Shown: positions 26,648 to 39,165 of the stretch, piece after piece
How positions within the stretch are numbered: position 1 is the stretch's first letter
Layout: the number at the start of each line of letters is the position of its first letter
NCBI RefSeq assembly: GCF_018350175.1
Contig: NC_058368.1
Coordinates: 84,880,001 to 84,944,000, forward strand
DNA: 64,000 nucleotides
Direction: 5' to 3'
DNA from: Felis catus
Lineage: Eukaryota
Position numbers and translations under genes: made by a program
The notes under the pieces: model-generated
Told to the model about the DNA's origin: nothing
What the model saw: only the letters and a program-made list of their open reading frames with translations
Database searches by the model: none

Positions 26648-27538
26648 TCACAGGGTCCCCCTTAGGATCTCTTGTAGGGCTGGTTTAGTGGTGACAAATT
26701 CCTTCAGTTTTTGTTTGTTTGGGAAGACCTTTATCTCTCCTTCTATTCTAAATGACAGACTTGCTGGATAAAGGATTCTCGGCTGCATATTTTTTCTGTC
26801 TAGCACCCTGAAAATCTCGTGCCAATTCTTTCTGGCCTGCCAAGTTTCAAAAGAGAGATCAGTCATGAGTCTTATAGGTCTCCCTTTATATGTGAGGGCA
26901 CGTTTACCCCTTGCTGCTTTCAGAATTTTCTCTTTATCCTTGTATTTTGCCAGTTTCACTATGATATGTCGTGCAGAAGATCGATTCAAGTTACGTCTGA
27001 AGGGAGTTCTCTGTGCCTCTTGGATTTCAATGCCTTTTTCCTTCCCCAGTTCAGGGAAGTTCTCAGCTATTATTTCTTCAAGTACCCTTCAGCACTTTTC
27101 CCTCTCTCTTCCTCCTCTGGGATACCAATTACGCGTATATTATTTCTTTTTAGTGTATCACTTAGTTCTCTAATTTTCCCCTCATACTCCTGGATTTTTT
27201 ATCTCTCTTTTTCTCAGCTTCCTCTTTTTCCATAACTTTATCTTCTAGTTCACCTATTCTCTCCTCTGCCTCTTCAAGCCGAGCTGTGGTGGTTTCCATT
27301 TTGTTATGCATTTCGTTTAAAGCGTTTTTCAGCTCCTTGTGACTGTTCCTTAGTCCCTTGATCTCTGTAGCATGAGATTCTCTGCTGTCCTGTATACTGT
27401 TTTCAAGCCCAGCGATTAATTTTATGACTATTATTCTAAATTCACTTTCTGTTATATTATTTAAATCCTTTTTGATCACTCATTAGCTGTTGTTATTTCC
27501 TGGAGATTCTTCTGAGGGGAATTCTTCCGCTTGGTCAT
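26648..27538 (-). pseudogene. L1 ORF1 (coiled-coil, RRM, CTD RNA-binding protein), disrupted
   Basis: Starts MTKRKNSPQKNLQE, has a coiled-coil (LEEAEERIGELEDK), ends PRILYPASLSF...KPALQEILRGTL*. Frameshifts near 27480 and 27190. Confidence 0.95.
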
Positions 27539-28382
27539 TTTGGATAGTCCCTGGCGTGGTGAAGACCTGCAGGGCACTTCCCCTGTGCTGTGGTGTATAA
27601 CTGGAGTTGGTGGGCAGGGCCCCAGTCAGACCTGATGTCTGCCCCCAGCCCACCGCTGGGGCCACAGTCAGACTGGTGTGTGCCTTCTCTTCCCCTCTCC
27701 TAGGGGCGGGATTCACTGTGGGGTGGTGTGGCCCATCTGGGCTACTTGCACACTGCCAGGCTTGTGATGCTGGGGATCTGGTGTATTAGCTGGGGTGGGT
27801 AGGCAAGGTGCACAGCGGCAGGAGGGGTAGGCTTAGATCCCTTCTCCTTAGGTGATCCACTTCAGGAGGGGCCCTGTGGCAGCTGGAGGGAGTCAGATCT
27901 GCTGCCGGAGGTTTGGCTCCGCAGAAGCACAGAGTTGGGTGTTTGTGCGGAGCGAGCAAGTTCCCTGGCAGGAACTGGTTCTCTTTGGGATTTTGGCTGG
28001 GGGATGGGCGGGGGAGATGGCGCTGGCGAGTGCCTTTGTTCCCCACCAAACTGAGCTCTGTTGTCAGGGGGCTCAGCAGCTCTCCCTCCCTTTGTCCTCC
28101 AGCCTTCCCGCTTTCCCAGCAGAGCTGTTCACTTATGACCTCCCAGACGCTAAGTCGCGCTTGTTGTGGGAACACAGTCCGTCAGGCCCCTCCGCTTTTG
28201 CAAGCCAGACTTGGGGGCTCTGCTTGGCCAGCGAGCCGCCCCTCCGCCCCTGCTCCCTCCCGCCAGTCCATGGAGTGCGCACAGCCTTGCCGCCCTTCCT
28301 ACCCTCTTCCGTGGGCCTCTCATCTGTGTAGGTGGAATCTAAGTGATCAGCAGGACGTGCGGTGAGCCCAGCGTCCTCTTAA

Positions 28383-28394
28383 GCCGCCATCTTG
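28383..28394 (-). promoter_or_regulatory. YY1-type site at the L1 5' end (internal promoter)
   Basis: CAAGATGGCGGC about 10 nt from the element start, as known for L1 promoters. Confidence 0.8.
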
Positions 28395-28432
28395 CCACTT
28401 CCTCCTTATTGATAATTTATATAAGAAGTTTT

Positions 28433-28648
28433 TTTAATTAAAAAAAGTTAATGTTTATTTATTTTTGAGAGAGACACAGTGTGAGCATGGGAGGGGCAGT
28501 GAGAAAGGGAGACAGTATCTAGAACAGGGTCCAGGCTCTGAGCTGTCACCATAGAGCCTGACGTGGGGCTAGAATTCACAAACTGTGAGATCATGACCTG
28601 AGCATACCCAGGTTGGACCCTTAACCAACTGAGCCACCCAGGCTCCCC
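28433..28648 (-). mobile_element. Felid SINE abutting the L1 TSD
   Basis: TSD tatataagaag(t/c)ttt starting at 28418 and 28649. Confidence 0.95.
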
Positions 28649-28859
28649 TATATAAGAAGCTTTAAGAAGAAGAAAAGCTAACATGACAAAGGGTAAGAGG
28701 GGAATCTGGAAAGAGCAACAAAGACTGGCTTTGACAATCAAGTTCAGTAATGAATCCAATCATCAATTATAAATTGTGAGTATTTTGCAAGATATAGGAT
28801 ATACAGAAGGAGACATCAGTCCTGGAAGGAGATCTACTTTTACCAAATCAACCTGGTAC

Positions 28860-29180
28860 AGAGCTGGGGAGGTTACATTAAGTGAGATGTATTGAATTGA
28901 GATCTGAAGGAAAGGAACTCAGGCAGAGAGTGGGGAGAGTGGGGTGAGGTGAAATATTACTGTCTAAGCATAAGTAATGCTTATGTCAAGGTGGAGAGTT
29001 TGGAGACAAAATGACATCTGCAGATGCTAAAAGCTGCTGAGCATATCTGCAGCTCCAGTTGATGGTGGAATTGGTGGTAGACTGACAGATGTCTTACAAG
29101 GCCTTGCTATCACATACCCCATAGGTTGTGGGAGGCCACTGATGAGTGAGGAACCTCTGACCAGGGAAATGGGTATGTTT
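28860..29180. mobile_element. Possible ancient L2 relic
   Basis: Purine-rich motifs (ttgaattgagatctgaagga, ggccttg, ggaggccactga) typical of L2 decay. Weak evidence. Confidence 0.4.
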
Positions 29181-29798
29181 ACACAGAAAAAAACACACTG
29201 ATTTATCCACAATCATAATGAACCAAGAGACCAGAGCTGTTACATGGTTACACAATTATTACTAGCAATTACAGAAAGAAAAGAAGAAGGGAATAAAGGT
29301 ATTCATGATACTTGAGGGATTAATGGACCCTGTTTACTGTGTTACCAGATTTTCAAAAGTTATGACTATTTAGAAATGTTTACTTTTTCTTTCTTCATTG
29401 GCTCAAAACCCAAGAATTAATGGGAATTTGGAAATTTGTTACAAATGAAATCTAATGGGACAGTGATAGAAAATAAACCTCTGCATTTTCTTCACAAGGG
29501 CACTATAATTTTCTTATATTTTTCACTACATCTAAAATAAGGAAGAGGGCTCTTCCATTCAAACTGACACGAAGAAAGATGAGGGAATTAGGTGAAAGCT
29601 CATATTCACACAGAAAACTAGTTGTGATTTACACCTCTTGGAAGTGTTTGCTTTCCTCCCTGCTTAGATAATTTGTTTTGTTTTGTTACTTAAAATTGAT
29701 ATTAACATGAGACAAGGATAAGAGGATTGCAAGATTTGAAGAGAGGAAACGGGAACACAGAGTCCCATTGTCTCCTCAGACCCTGTGGCCTCTTAGGA

Positions 29799-30793
29799 TT
29801 ATTTGAGCCATGAAGTTTTCTGTACACTCATTGAAGCATGGAAACCTGTTTTGATGGGGCACTTTTCAAACACCTTCATCATTGTGCCCACAACCTCCCA
29901 CTTTTTTAGACTGCAGATGAGGGGGTTAAGTATAGGAGTGAGGATGGTGTCAAACATAAAGAGAACCTGGTTCAGGATGAAGGTGTGGGAAGATCAAGGC
30001 CTCATTTATATCAGCATGCATGGACCAAAGTAAATGATAAGCACCATCAGATGGAAGGAGCAAGTAGTCAGGGCCTTGATCCTGCATTCACAGGTGTTTA
30101 TTTGCAAGACGTGCAGGAAGATGAGGATGATGGAGGTCAGGGTAAAGCTTTTGGGAAGAAGAACCACAACAATATGGATCACTACTATCACTTTCTCATA
30201 GGCTGAGATGTCCTCACAAAACAGTTTCAAGATGTCAAAGACCTCTCAACAATACCTCACAGAAGAACAGGTGGAGTTCTCAGGGGCTAAAGAGAAGAAA
30301 GTTCATGGCATAAATGGCACAGACCAAGGATGCCAGAGTCCCTCCCACCCAGGTCCCAAAGACCATATTCTGGAAGACCTGTAGACAGGTATAACTGGGT
30401 ATCTGAATGGATTGCTGGTGGCCACATCGAATCATAATCCATGAGACTCAAGAGAAGAGTAGGCACTTAGTAATCCCAAGAGTCAAGGTGAAGAGGACCT
30501 GGGTCCCAGAGTTGATCAATGGTACTTTTCTTTTACCTAAGAAAAAGATGACCAATATTTTTGGAAGTATGCTAAAGATGAAAACCGGGTCAATGAGTGA
30601 GTTGTCAAATCAGTAAATACATGGAGGTGTGGAAGTGGGGATCTGACAAGATGAGGAGGATCAAAACAGTGTTTCCTGTGATAGCAAAAGTGTAGATGAG
30701 GAGAACAGAGACAAGGAGGTCAGTATGTCTCATTCCAGGGAAGAAGCCCAGGAGAATGAAGTCTGTGCCCAATGTCTCATTTCCTTTCTCTAT
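29799..30793 (-). pseudogene. Olfactory receptor family-2-like pseudogene
   Basis: (I)EKGNETLGTDFILLGFFP, DPHFHTSMYLLI*, KLFCEDISAYEK, KALTTCSFHL, YFGP, LTPILNPLICSL. Start codon is ATA, with internal stops and frameshifts. Confidence 0.95.
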
Positions 30794-31382
30794 GCTGTCT
30801 CCCTACTAGTTTCAACTGAAAGATAATGGAGGCCTTCAAACACATGTATATGAAGCAGGTCTATAAAATATAGTAATTGACAGTATAGCATGAACCACTT
30901 TATGGGAGAACTGAAAACATAATTTCCTTAATTCATAAAGATGTTGAAATCATAGGATAGGAATTAGTAACCAGAACTTAGAAATGGCACTATATATATA
31001 TATATTTTTTTTCCATCTGTGACCTTACCCCTTCTATATTAACCTCTTTACTTCACCTTTAATTCTCCTTTTCTGATAATCTAAAGAATTCTCTGCAGAA
31101 AGGGATTCCTATTGTTTTCTAAGCTTTTTTTTTTCAACCCAAGCTACTATTCTTATAATTGTGGTTTTAAATTCTAGTTCAGACATTTTAATTATATCTA
31201 TGTTGATTAAGTCCTTGATCATCATTTCTTCTGGTTCTTCCTTTTGGGGTGAATTCCTCAATCTTGTCATTTTGGAAGAAGAAACAATAATAAAATATAA
31301 TAAAAATTAAAAATTAAAAACAAAACAAAAAAATAAAGGAAGCTCTAACAAAACAAAAAACAAATAAAGTAAGGTGTGTTTT

Positions 31383-34300
31383 CAAGCCTGGCAGTGAGCA
31401 AGTAGCCCAGACAGGAGCCACACCACTCCACAGAGAGTCCTGCCTCTGGGAGAGAGGAAGATAAGGTATACACCGATATGACTGTGGCCCCAGTGGTGGG
31501 CTGGGGACAGACATCAGGTCTCACTGTGGCCCCGCCCACCAACACAAGTTACTCCAGACAGCACAGAAGTGCCCTGCAGTTTGGAGCTACTGTAAGGACT
31601 ACCCAAAATGATAAACAGAAGAATTCTCCTCAAAAGAAATTCCAGAAATTAGGGACAGCTAACGAATTGATCAGAACAAATTTAAGCAATATAATGGAAA
31701 AATAATTTAGAGTAATAGTCATAAAATTAATCGATGGGCTTGAGAAAAGCATACAGGACAGCAGAGAATCCATTGCTACAGAGATCAAGGGACTAAGAAA
31801 TAGTCATGAGGAGCTAAAAAATGCTATAAATGAGGTGCAAAATAAAATGGACGCGGACATAGCATGGATTGAAGAGGGAGAGGAGAGAACAGGTGAATTA
31901 GAAGATAAAATTATGGAAAAAGAGGAAGCTGAGAAAAAGATAAAAAAAATCAAGTAGTATGAGAGGAGAATTAGTGAACTGGGATGCAATCAAACGGAAC
32001 ATCTTTATCATAGGAATTCCAAAAAAAGAGAGAAAGAGAGAGAAAGGGGCTGAAGGTGTACCTGAACAAATCATAGCTGAGAACTTCCCTGATCTGGGGA
32101 AGAAAACAGATGTTGAAATCCAAGAGGCACAGAAAACTCTCTTCAGATGTAATTGAATCAATCTTCTGCAAAACATACCATAGTAAAACTGGCAAAATAC
32201 AAGGCCAAAGAGAAAATTCTGAAAGCATCTAGGGATAAGCAGGCTAGGAACTTACAAAGGTAGACACATAAGAGTAGTAGCAGACCTATCTACTGAAACT
32301 TGGCAGGCCAGAAAAGAATGGCAGGAAATCTTCAATGTGATAAACAGAAAAAAATATGCAGTTGAGAATCCTTTATCCAGCAAGTCTGTCATTCAGAATA
32401 GAAGAAGAGATAAAGGTTCTCCCAAAGCACAAAAACTGAAGGAATTCATCCACTAAACCAGCCCTATAAGAGATCATAGGGGGATTCTATGAGTGAAATG
32501 TGGCAAGGACCACAAAGTGCCAGAGACATCACTATAAGCATGAAATCTACAGACAACACAATGACTCCAAACCCAAATCTTTCAATAATAACACTGAATT
32601 TAAATAGATTTGATGCTTCAACCAAAAGACAGGGTATCTGAATGGATAAAAAGACAAGACCCATCTATTTGCTATCTAAAAGAGACTCATTTCAAACCTT
32701 GCAACACCTTCAGATTGAAACTGAGAGGATGGAGAACTATCTATCATGCTACTGGAAGTCAAAAGAAAGATGGAGTAGCCATACTTATATCAGGCAAACT
32801 AGACTTTAAATTAAAGACTTTAACAAGATATGAAGAAAGACATTATAGAATAATTACAGGGACTGTCCATCAGGAAGAGCTAACAATTATAAATGTCTAT
32901 GTGACGAATACAGGAGCCCCCACACATATGAAATAATTAATCACAAACATAAGCAACCTTATTGACAAGAATGTGGTAATTGCAGGGGACTTTAATACTC
33001 AACTTACAGCAATAGATAGATTATCTAGACACAGGATCAATAAAGAAACACGGGCCAGAATGATACATTGGGTCAGATGGATTTGACAGATATATTTAGA
33101 ACTCTGCATCCCAAAGTAACAGAATATACTTTCTTCTTGAGTGCACATGGAACCTTCTCCATGATAGATCACATACTGGGTCACAGAACAGCCCTTAATA
33201 AGTATAAAAGAACTTATATCATACCATTCACACTTCCAGATCACAATGCTATGAAACTTGAAATCAACCACAGGGAAAAGTCTGGAAAGTCTCCCAAAGC
33301 ATGGAGGTTAAAGAATGCCCTAGTAAAGAATGAATGGGTCAACCAGGCAATTAGAGAATAAATTTAAAAAATATAGGGAAATAAATTGAGATGAAAATAC
33401 AACAATCCAAATGCTTTGGGATGCAGTGAAGGCAGTCCCAAAAGGAAAATACATTGCAATCCAGGCCTATCTCAAGAAACAAGAAAAATCCCAAGTACAA
33501 AACATAACAGCACACCTAGAGGACATAGAAGCAGAACAGCAAAGACACTGCAAACCAAACAAAAGAAGAGAAATAATAAATATCAGAGAAGAAGTAAACA
33601 ATATAGAATCTAAAAAAATTTAGAGCAAATCAATGGAAGCAAGAGTTGATTTTTTGAATATATAAACAAAATTGATAAACCTCTAGCCAGGCTTCTCAAA
33701 AAGAAAAGGGAGATGACCCAAATAGATAAAATCATGAATGAACATGGGAATATTACAACCAATCCCTCAGAATACAAGCAATTATCAGGGATTTCTATGA
33801 AAACAATATATGCCAACAAACTGGACAACCTGGAAGAAATGGACAAATTCCTAAGCACCCACACGCTTCCAAAAATCAAACAGGAAGAAATAGAAAACTT
33901 AAAGAGGCCAATAACCAGTGAAGGAATTGAATCAATTATCAAAAATCTCCCAACAAATAAGAGTCCAGGACCAGAAGGCTTCCCTGGGGAATTCTACCAG
34001 ACATTTAAAGCAGAGATAATACCTATCCTTCTCAAGCTGTTCCAAAAAATAGAAAGGGAAGGAAAACTCCCAGACTCATTCTATGAAGCCACCATTACCT
34101 TGATTCCTAAACCAGAGATCCAGCAAAAAAAAAAAAAAAAAAGAGAACAACAGGTCAATATCGCTGATGAATATAAATGCAAAAATTCTCTACAAGATAC
34201 TAGCAAATCAAATTAAACAACATAAAAAAGGAATTATTCATGACGATCATGTGGGATTCATTCCTGGGCTGCAGGGATGGTTCAACATTCAAAAATCAAT

Positions 34301-36766
34301 CAATGTGATACATCACATTAATAAAAGAAAAGGTAAGAGTCATAGGATCCTGTCTATGAATGCAGAAAAAACATTTGACAAAATTCAGCATCCTTTCTTA
34401 ATAAAAACCTTCGAGAAAGTCAGGATAGATGGAACATACTTAAACATCATAAAAGCCATTTATGAAAAGCCCACAGCTAATATCATCCTCAATGGGGAAA
34501 AACTGAGAGCTTCCCCCCTGAGATCAGGTACACTACAGGAATGTCCACTCTCACTGCTGTTGTTTACCATAGTGTTGGAAGTGCTAGCATCACCAATCAG
34601 ACAACAAAAGGAAATCAAAGGCATCAAAATTAGCAAAGATGAAGTCAGGCTTTCACTTTTTGCAGATCACATGACACTACACATGGAAAACCAGATAGAC
34701 TCCACCAAAGTGTGCTAGAACTGATACATGAATTCAGCAGAGTCACAGGATACAAAATCAATGTACAGAAATCAGTTTCATTCATATACACTAATAATGA
34801 AGCAACAGAAAGACAAGTAAAGAAACTGATGCCATTCACAATGGCACCAAGAATCATAAAGTACCTAGGAATAAACCTAACCAAAGACGTAAAAGATCTG
34901 TATGCTGAAAACTATAGAAAGCTTATGAATGAAATCGAAGAAGATACAAAGAAAATGAAAAACTTTCAGTGCTCATTGATTGGAAGAATAAATAATGTTA
35001 AAATGTCAATAATACCCAAAGCTATCTACACATTCAATACAATCCGAAACAAAATTGCACCAGCCAAAGGTAGAAGAAGCAATCCTAAAATTGTATGGAA
35101 CCGTAAAAGACCCCGAATAGCCAAAGTAATATTGAAGAAGACCAAAGTGGGAGGCATCACAATTGCAGACTTTAGCCTCTACTACAAAGCTGTAATTATC
35201 AAGACAGCATAGTATTGGCACAAAAGTATGGACAACTAATCTTTGACAAAGTAAGAAAGATATCCAATGGAAAAAAGAGAATCTCTTTAATGAATGGTGC
35301 TGTGAGAACTGGACACCAACATGCAGAAGAATGAAATTAGGCCACTTTCCTACACCATTCACAAAAGTAAACTCAAAATTTATAAAGGATCTGAATGTGA
35401 GACAGGAAAACGTCAAAACCCTAGAGGGGGAAGCAGGAAAAAAAATCGTCTCAAACCTCAGCAGCAGCAATGTCTTACTCAACACATCTCCAAAAGCAAG
35501 GGAATTAAAAGCAAAAGTGAACTATCGGGACCTCATCAAAATAAAAAGCTTCTGTACTGCAAAGGCAACAATCAACAAAACTAAAAGCAACCAAAAGAAT
35601 GGGAAAAGATATTTGTAACTGATATATCAGACCTATGGCCTGTTTCCAAAACCTATAAAGAAATCACCAAACTCCACACCCAAAAACAAATAATCCAGTG
35701 AAGAAATGGGCAGTAGTCACGAATAGACACTTCTCTAAAGAAGACATCCAGATGGCCACAGGCGCATGAAAAGATGAGCAGTGTCACTCCTCATCAGGGA
35801 AATACAAATCAAAACCACACTGAGATATCACCTCACGCCAGTCAGAGTGGCTAAAATGAACAAATGAGGAGACTATAGATGCTGGCGAGGATGTGGAGAA
35901 AAGGGAACCCTCTTTCACTGTTGGTGGGAATGCAAACTGGTGCAGCCGCTCTGGAAAACAGTGTGGAGGTTCCTCAAAAAAATTAAAAATAGATCTAGCC
36001 TATGACCCAGCAATAGCACTGCTAGGAATCTACCCAAGGGATACAGGAGTGCTGATGCATAGGAGCACTTGTACCCCAATGTTTATAGCAGCACTTTCAA
36101 TAACAGCCAAATTATGGAAAGAGCCTAAGTGTCCATCAACTGATGGACTGATAAAGAAATTGTGGTTTATATACACAATGGAATACTATTTGGCAATGAG
36201 AAAGAATTAAATATGGCCTTTTGTAGCAATGTGGATGGAACTAGAAAGTGTTATGCTAAGTGAAATACATCACAGAAAGACAGATACCATATGTTTTCAC
36301 TCTTATGTGGATCTTGAGAAACTTAACAGAAGACCATGGGGGATGGGATAGGGAAAAAAGTTACAGAGGGAGGCAGCAAAACCATAAGAGACTTTTTATT
36401 TTTAAAAATTTTTTTAACGTTTATTTATTTTTGAGACAGAGAGAGACAGAGCATGAACGGGGGAGGGTCACAGAGAGAGGGAGACACAGAATCTGAAACA
36501 GGCTCCAGGCTCTGAGCTGTCAGCACAGAGCCCAACGCGGGGCTTGAACCCACAGACTGTGAGATCATGACCTGAGCCGAAGTTGGATGCTCAACCGACC
36601 GAGCCACCCAGGCGCCCCTATAAGAGACTTTTTAAAACTGAGAATAAATTGAGGTTGATGGGGGGGTAGGAGGGAGGGAAAAGTGAGTGATGGGCATTGA
36701 GGAGGGCACCTGTTGGGATGAGCACTGGGTGTTGTATGGAAACCAATTTGACAATAAATTTCATAT

Positions 36767-36798
<32 letters not shown>

Positions 36799-36799
36799 G
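31383..36799 (+). mobile_element. Near-full-length felid LINE-1, truncated within the 5'UTR, decayed
   Basis: TSD aaggtgtgtttt at 31371-31382 and 36800-36811. ORF1 from ~31608, ORF2 fragments ([10 protein letters not shown]), (TAAA)n tail. Same lineage as 22551-28404. Confidence 0.96.
36399..36619 (-). mobile_element. Felid SINE inside the L1 3'UTR
   Basis: 15-bp TSD ataagagacttttta at 36384-36398 and 36620-36634. Confidence 0.97.
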
Positions 36800-36835
36800 A
36801 AGGTGTGTTTTATTCTGCTTATTGAATGAATCTTG

Positions 36836-37010
36836 GGTACCTGTGTGTCCCAGTCAAATTCTTCAGCTCAGGTCATGATCTTGGGGTTGTGACTTTGAGC
36901 CCCACATCAGGCTCTGTGCTAACAGCTCAGAGTCTGGTGCTTGCTTTGGATATTCTCTCTCTCTCTACTCTCTCTCTCTCTCTCTCTCTCAAAAATAAAT
37001 ATTAAAAAGA
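36836..37010 (+). mobile_element. CAN-SINE (diverged)
   Basis: cttcagctcaggtcatgatc...gagccccacatcaggctctg, (CT)n, A tail. Confidence 0.88.
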
Positions 37011-39165
37011 GAATCTTTATAGAAGAGATAAAATAAAGAATATAAAAGTTTTAAAAAGTTTAAAAATACAAAAAAATAATTAAAATAATAAAATAGAGTA
37101 AAAGAAAATATAGTACAACTAAAACATTTTTGCTCTTTCTGAATCCATGGAAGAAAATCAAAAGAAAGAAAAAGAAAACGACATAATCAAAAACAGAAGC
37201 AAAGAAAATGAAGAAAAAATCAACAAGCAAATAAAATGAAAGCCCAAGGAAACTAGATCTATTTTCCCTTAGAACTGAAACTTTTCAACACCCTATGGTC
37301 TGTAAATCATTCCACCCAAAGAGGTTGGTAGGTATTTGTGCTGGTCTTTTGGGGAATGTTCCTGGAAAGCTCAGGTGGGTGGAGCTTAGTATAACCACTC
37401 TGTTCTCCACATGGTGGTGCTGCTTAGCTCACTGGGATCAATCAGTATTGGTGCGTTACAGGCAAAATTGATTTCCCCTCCTCTCTAGTCCCCTGTACAA
37501 GAATTTTGCACCCCCATAGACACTGATCAATCACTCTTTGATTCAGGCATCCATCTGCTCCCACCTTTCCCTTGTTTGTTTGTCCAAGCTGTCTGTCCGC
37601 CAGGTAGCACCTCTTCCCAGAGTTTTGTCTCAGGTGCAGCTGTGTCTAAAAATCCCACATTTAAGAGACTCCCCACAGCTTGGACCCACACTGATCTTCT
37701 GGAAAGAAGGTCTTGCTGATCAATGACTGGGTACTGATTTGTCCCAGATGTTCACGTGTTTGTACAATATAAAAGGCTCAGAGTTGATGATAACAACACA
37801 CAGAATGTACCTAGATTTACTGCACTCAGCTGGCATCTTTTTTCCAACGTCCATAAATGTAACAGCTCTCCGAGGTTCACCAGGACTTTTGCCCACAGAG
37901 TAACCATATCGCCTCTTCCAAATGCATTCCAAACAGGGGAACCACTTCTTCTGTGGCACATGGGCCTTTCAGTCTTTGCTTCCTTCTCCTGGGGATTCAC
38001 CCTGCTTCCTCACCAGAGTGCCTCCAGAGACTGAGCTCAAAATTTCAGACTCTGTGCTCCACTTTTTACAGAAACCTAGCAGTATTGAAACCCTCTCCTT
38101 TTTCCTCATCAATGGTTTTGAGGAACAGATTTCTTGTCCAGTCTCCTGAGAGAGTTTTCAGTCTTTCTCTCTCTTTTTCTCTCCAGCTCCTTTAGGGGGA
38201 GTGCTTTTCTTGCATGACCCTGATGAGTGCACTCTCTCACCTTTCCTCTTTCTGTCTCTGTCCGATCTCCATGAAAATGGCTCTCTACCCTCTGTCCACT
38301 GTGGTTTTTCTCTCCCCCAATTCACCTGTATGCACCAGGCACTGGGCAAGGTCTTTATCTCAAATTATGCACATTGTTGCATTAATCCTCAGATCAACTT
38401 CTTAAGAGTTCAAAATGGTTTCATACTGATCTAGCTGTGTTTTAGAGATGAGACAAGCTCAGGGTGCCCATTACTCTGCCATCTTAAATCCCTTCCTGAA
38501 AATACAGAGGTAAAAGAGCTAAAATCTAGTCAGGGCAAATTAAAAATGTTATAACCAAGATGCAAGCTCGAATGGATGCCATGACAAGCAAGATGGAAGC
38601 AGAACAAGGAATCAGTGATATAGAGGGAAAAGATTATGGAAAACAATAAAGCTAAATAAAAGAGGTAAACAAAGGCAAGAGATCATGATACAAGATTTAA
38701 AGAACTCCACAACTTATTAAGAGGAATAACATTTGTATCATAGGAGTCCCAGAAGATGAAGAGAGAGGAAAATGGGCAGAAGGCTTATTAAAACAAATTG
38801 TAGCTGAAAACTTCTCTAATATGGGAAAGACACAGACATCAAAATCCAAGAATCCAAGAAAACTCTCATAAATTCAACAGAAACAAACAATCATCACAGG
38901 ATATCATAGTCAAAATCACAAAATACACAGACAAGGAAAGAATCATGAAAGCAGCAAGGGGAAAACAAAGTCATGAACCTACAAGGGAAGACAAATAAGT
39001 TATCAGTTTCTCTGTCCACAGAAACTTGGTAGGTCAGAAGGAAGTGGCATGATATATTCATAGTGCTAATTGAGAAAAATATGCAGCCAAGAGTACTTTA
39101 CTCAGTACTGCTGCCATTCATAATAGAAGGAGAGATAAAGAGTTTCCAAAAAAAAAAACTAAAGA

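Larger units (their letters stand above)
22551..28404 (-). mobile_element. Full-length, relatively young felid LINE-1, inactivated
   Basis: 16-bp TSD cttattgataatttat at 22535-22550 and 28405-28420. 5' end GAGGAAGTGGCAAGATGGCGG, CpG-rich 5'UTR, ORF1, ORF2, G-rich 3'UTR, AATAAA (22565-22570) and a short A tail. Confidence 0.98.
31090..38495 (-). mobile_element. Inverted 5' segment (5'UTR plus first ~180 nt of ORF1) of an older L1, split by the younger L1 at 31383-36799
   Basis: ORF1 start ATGACAAGA at 31270 reading left to ~31090. The 5'UTR resumes after 36811 and ends at gccatctt (~38479-38486). Confidence 0.8.

Noticed and set aside
23615..27235. Several plus-strand ORFs of 80-141 aa
   Set aside because: Antisense shadows of L1 ORF1 and ORF2.
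27913..28365. 150-aa ORF in the L1 5'UTR
   Set aside because: Starts at TTG in GC-rich sequence where long frames are expected. Only the ATG-initiated frame was kept as a finding.
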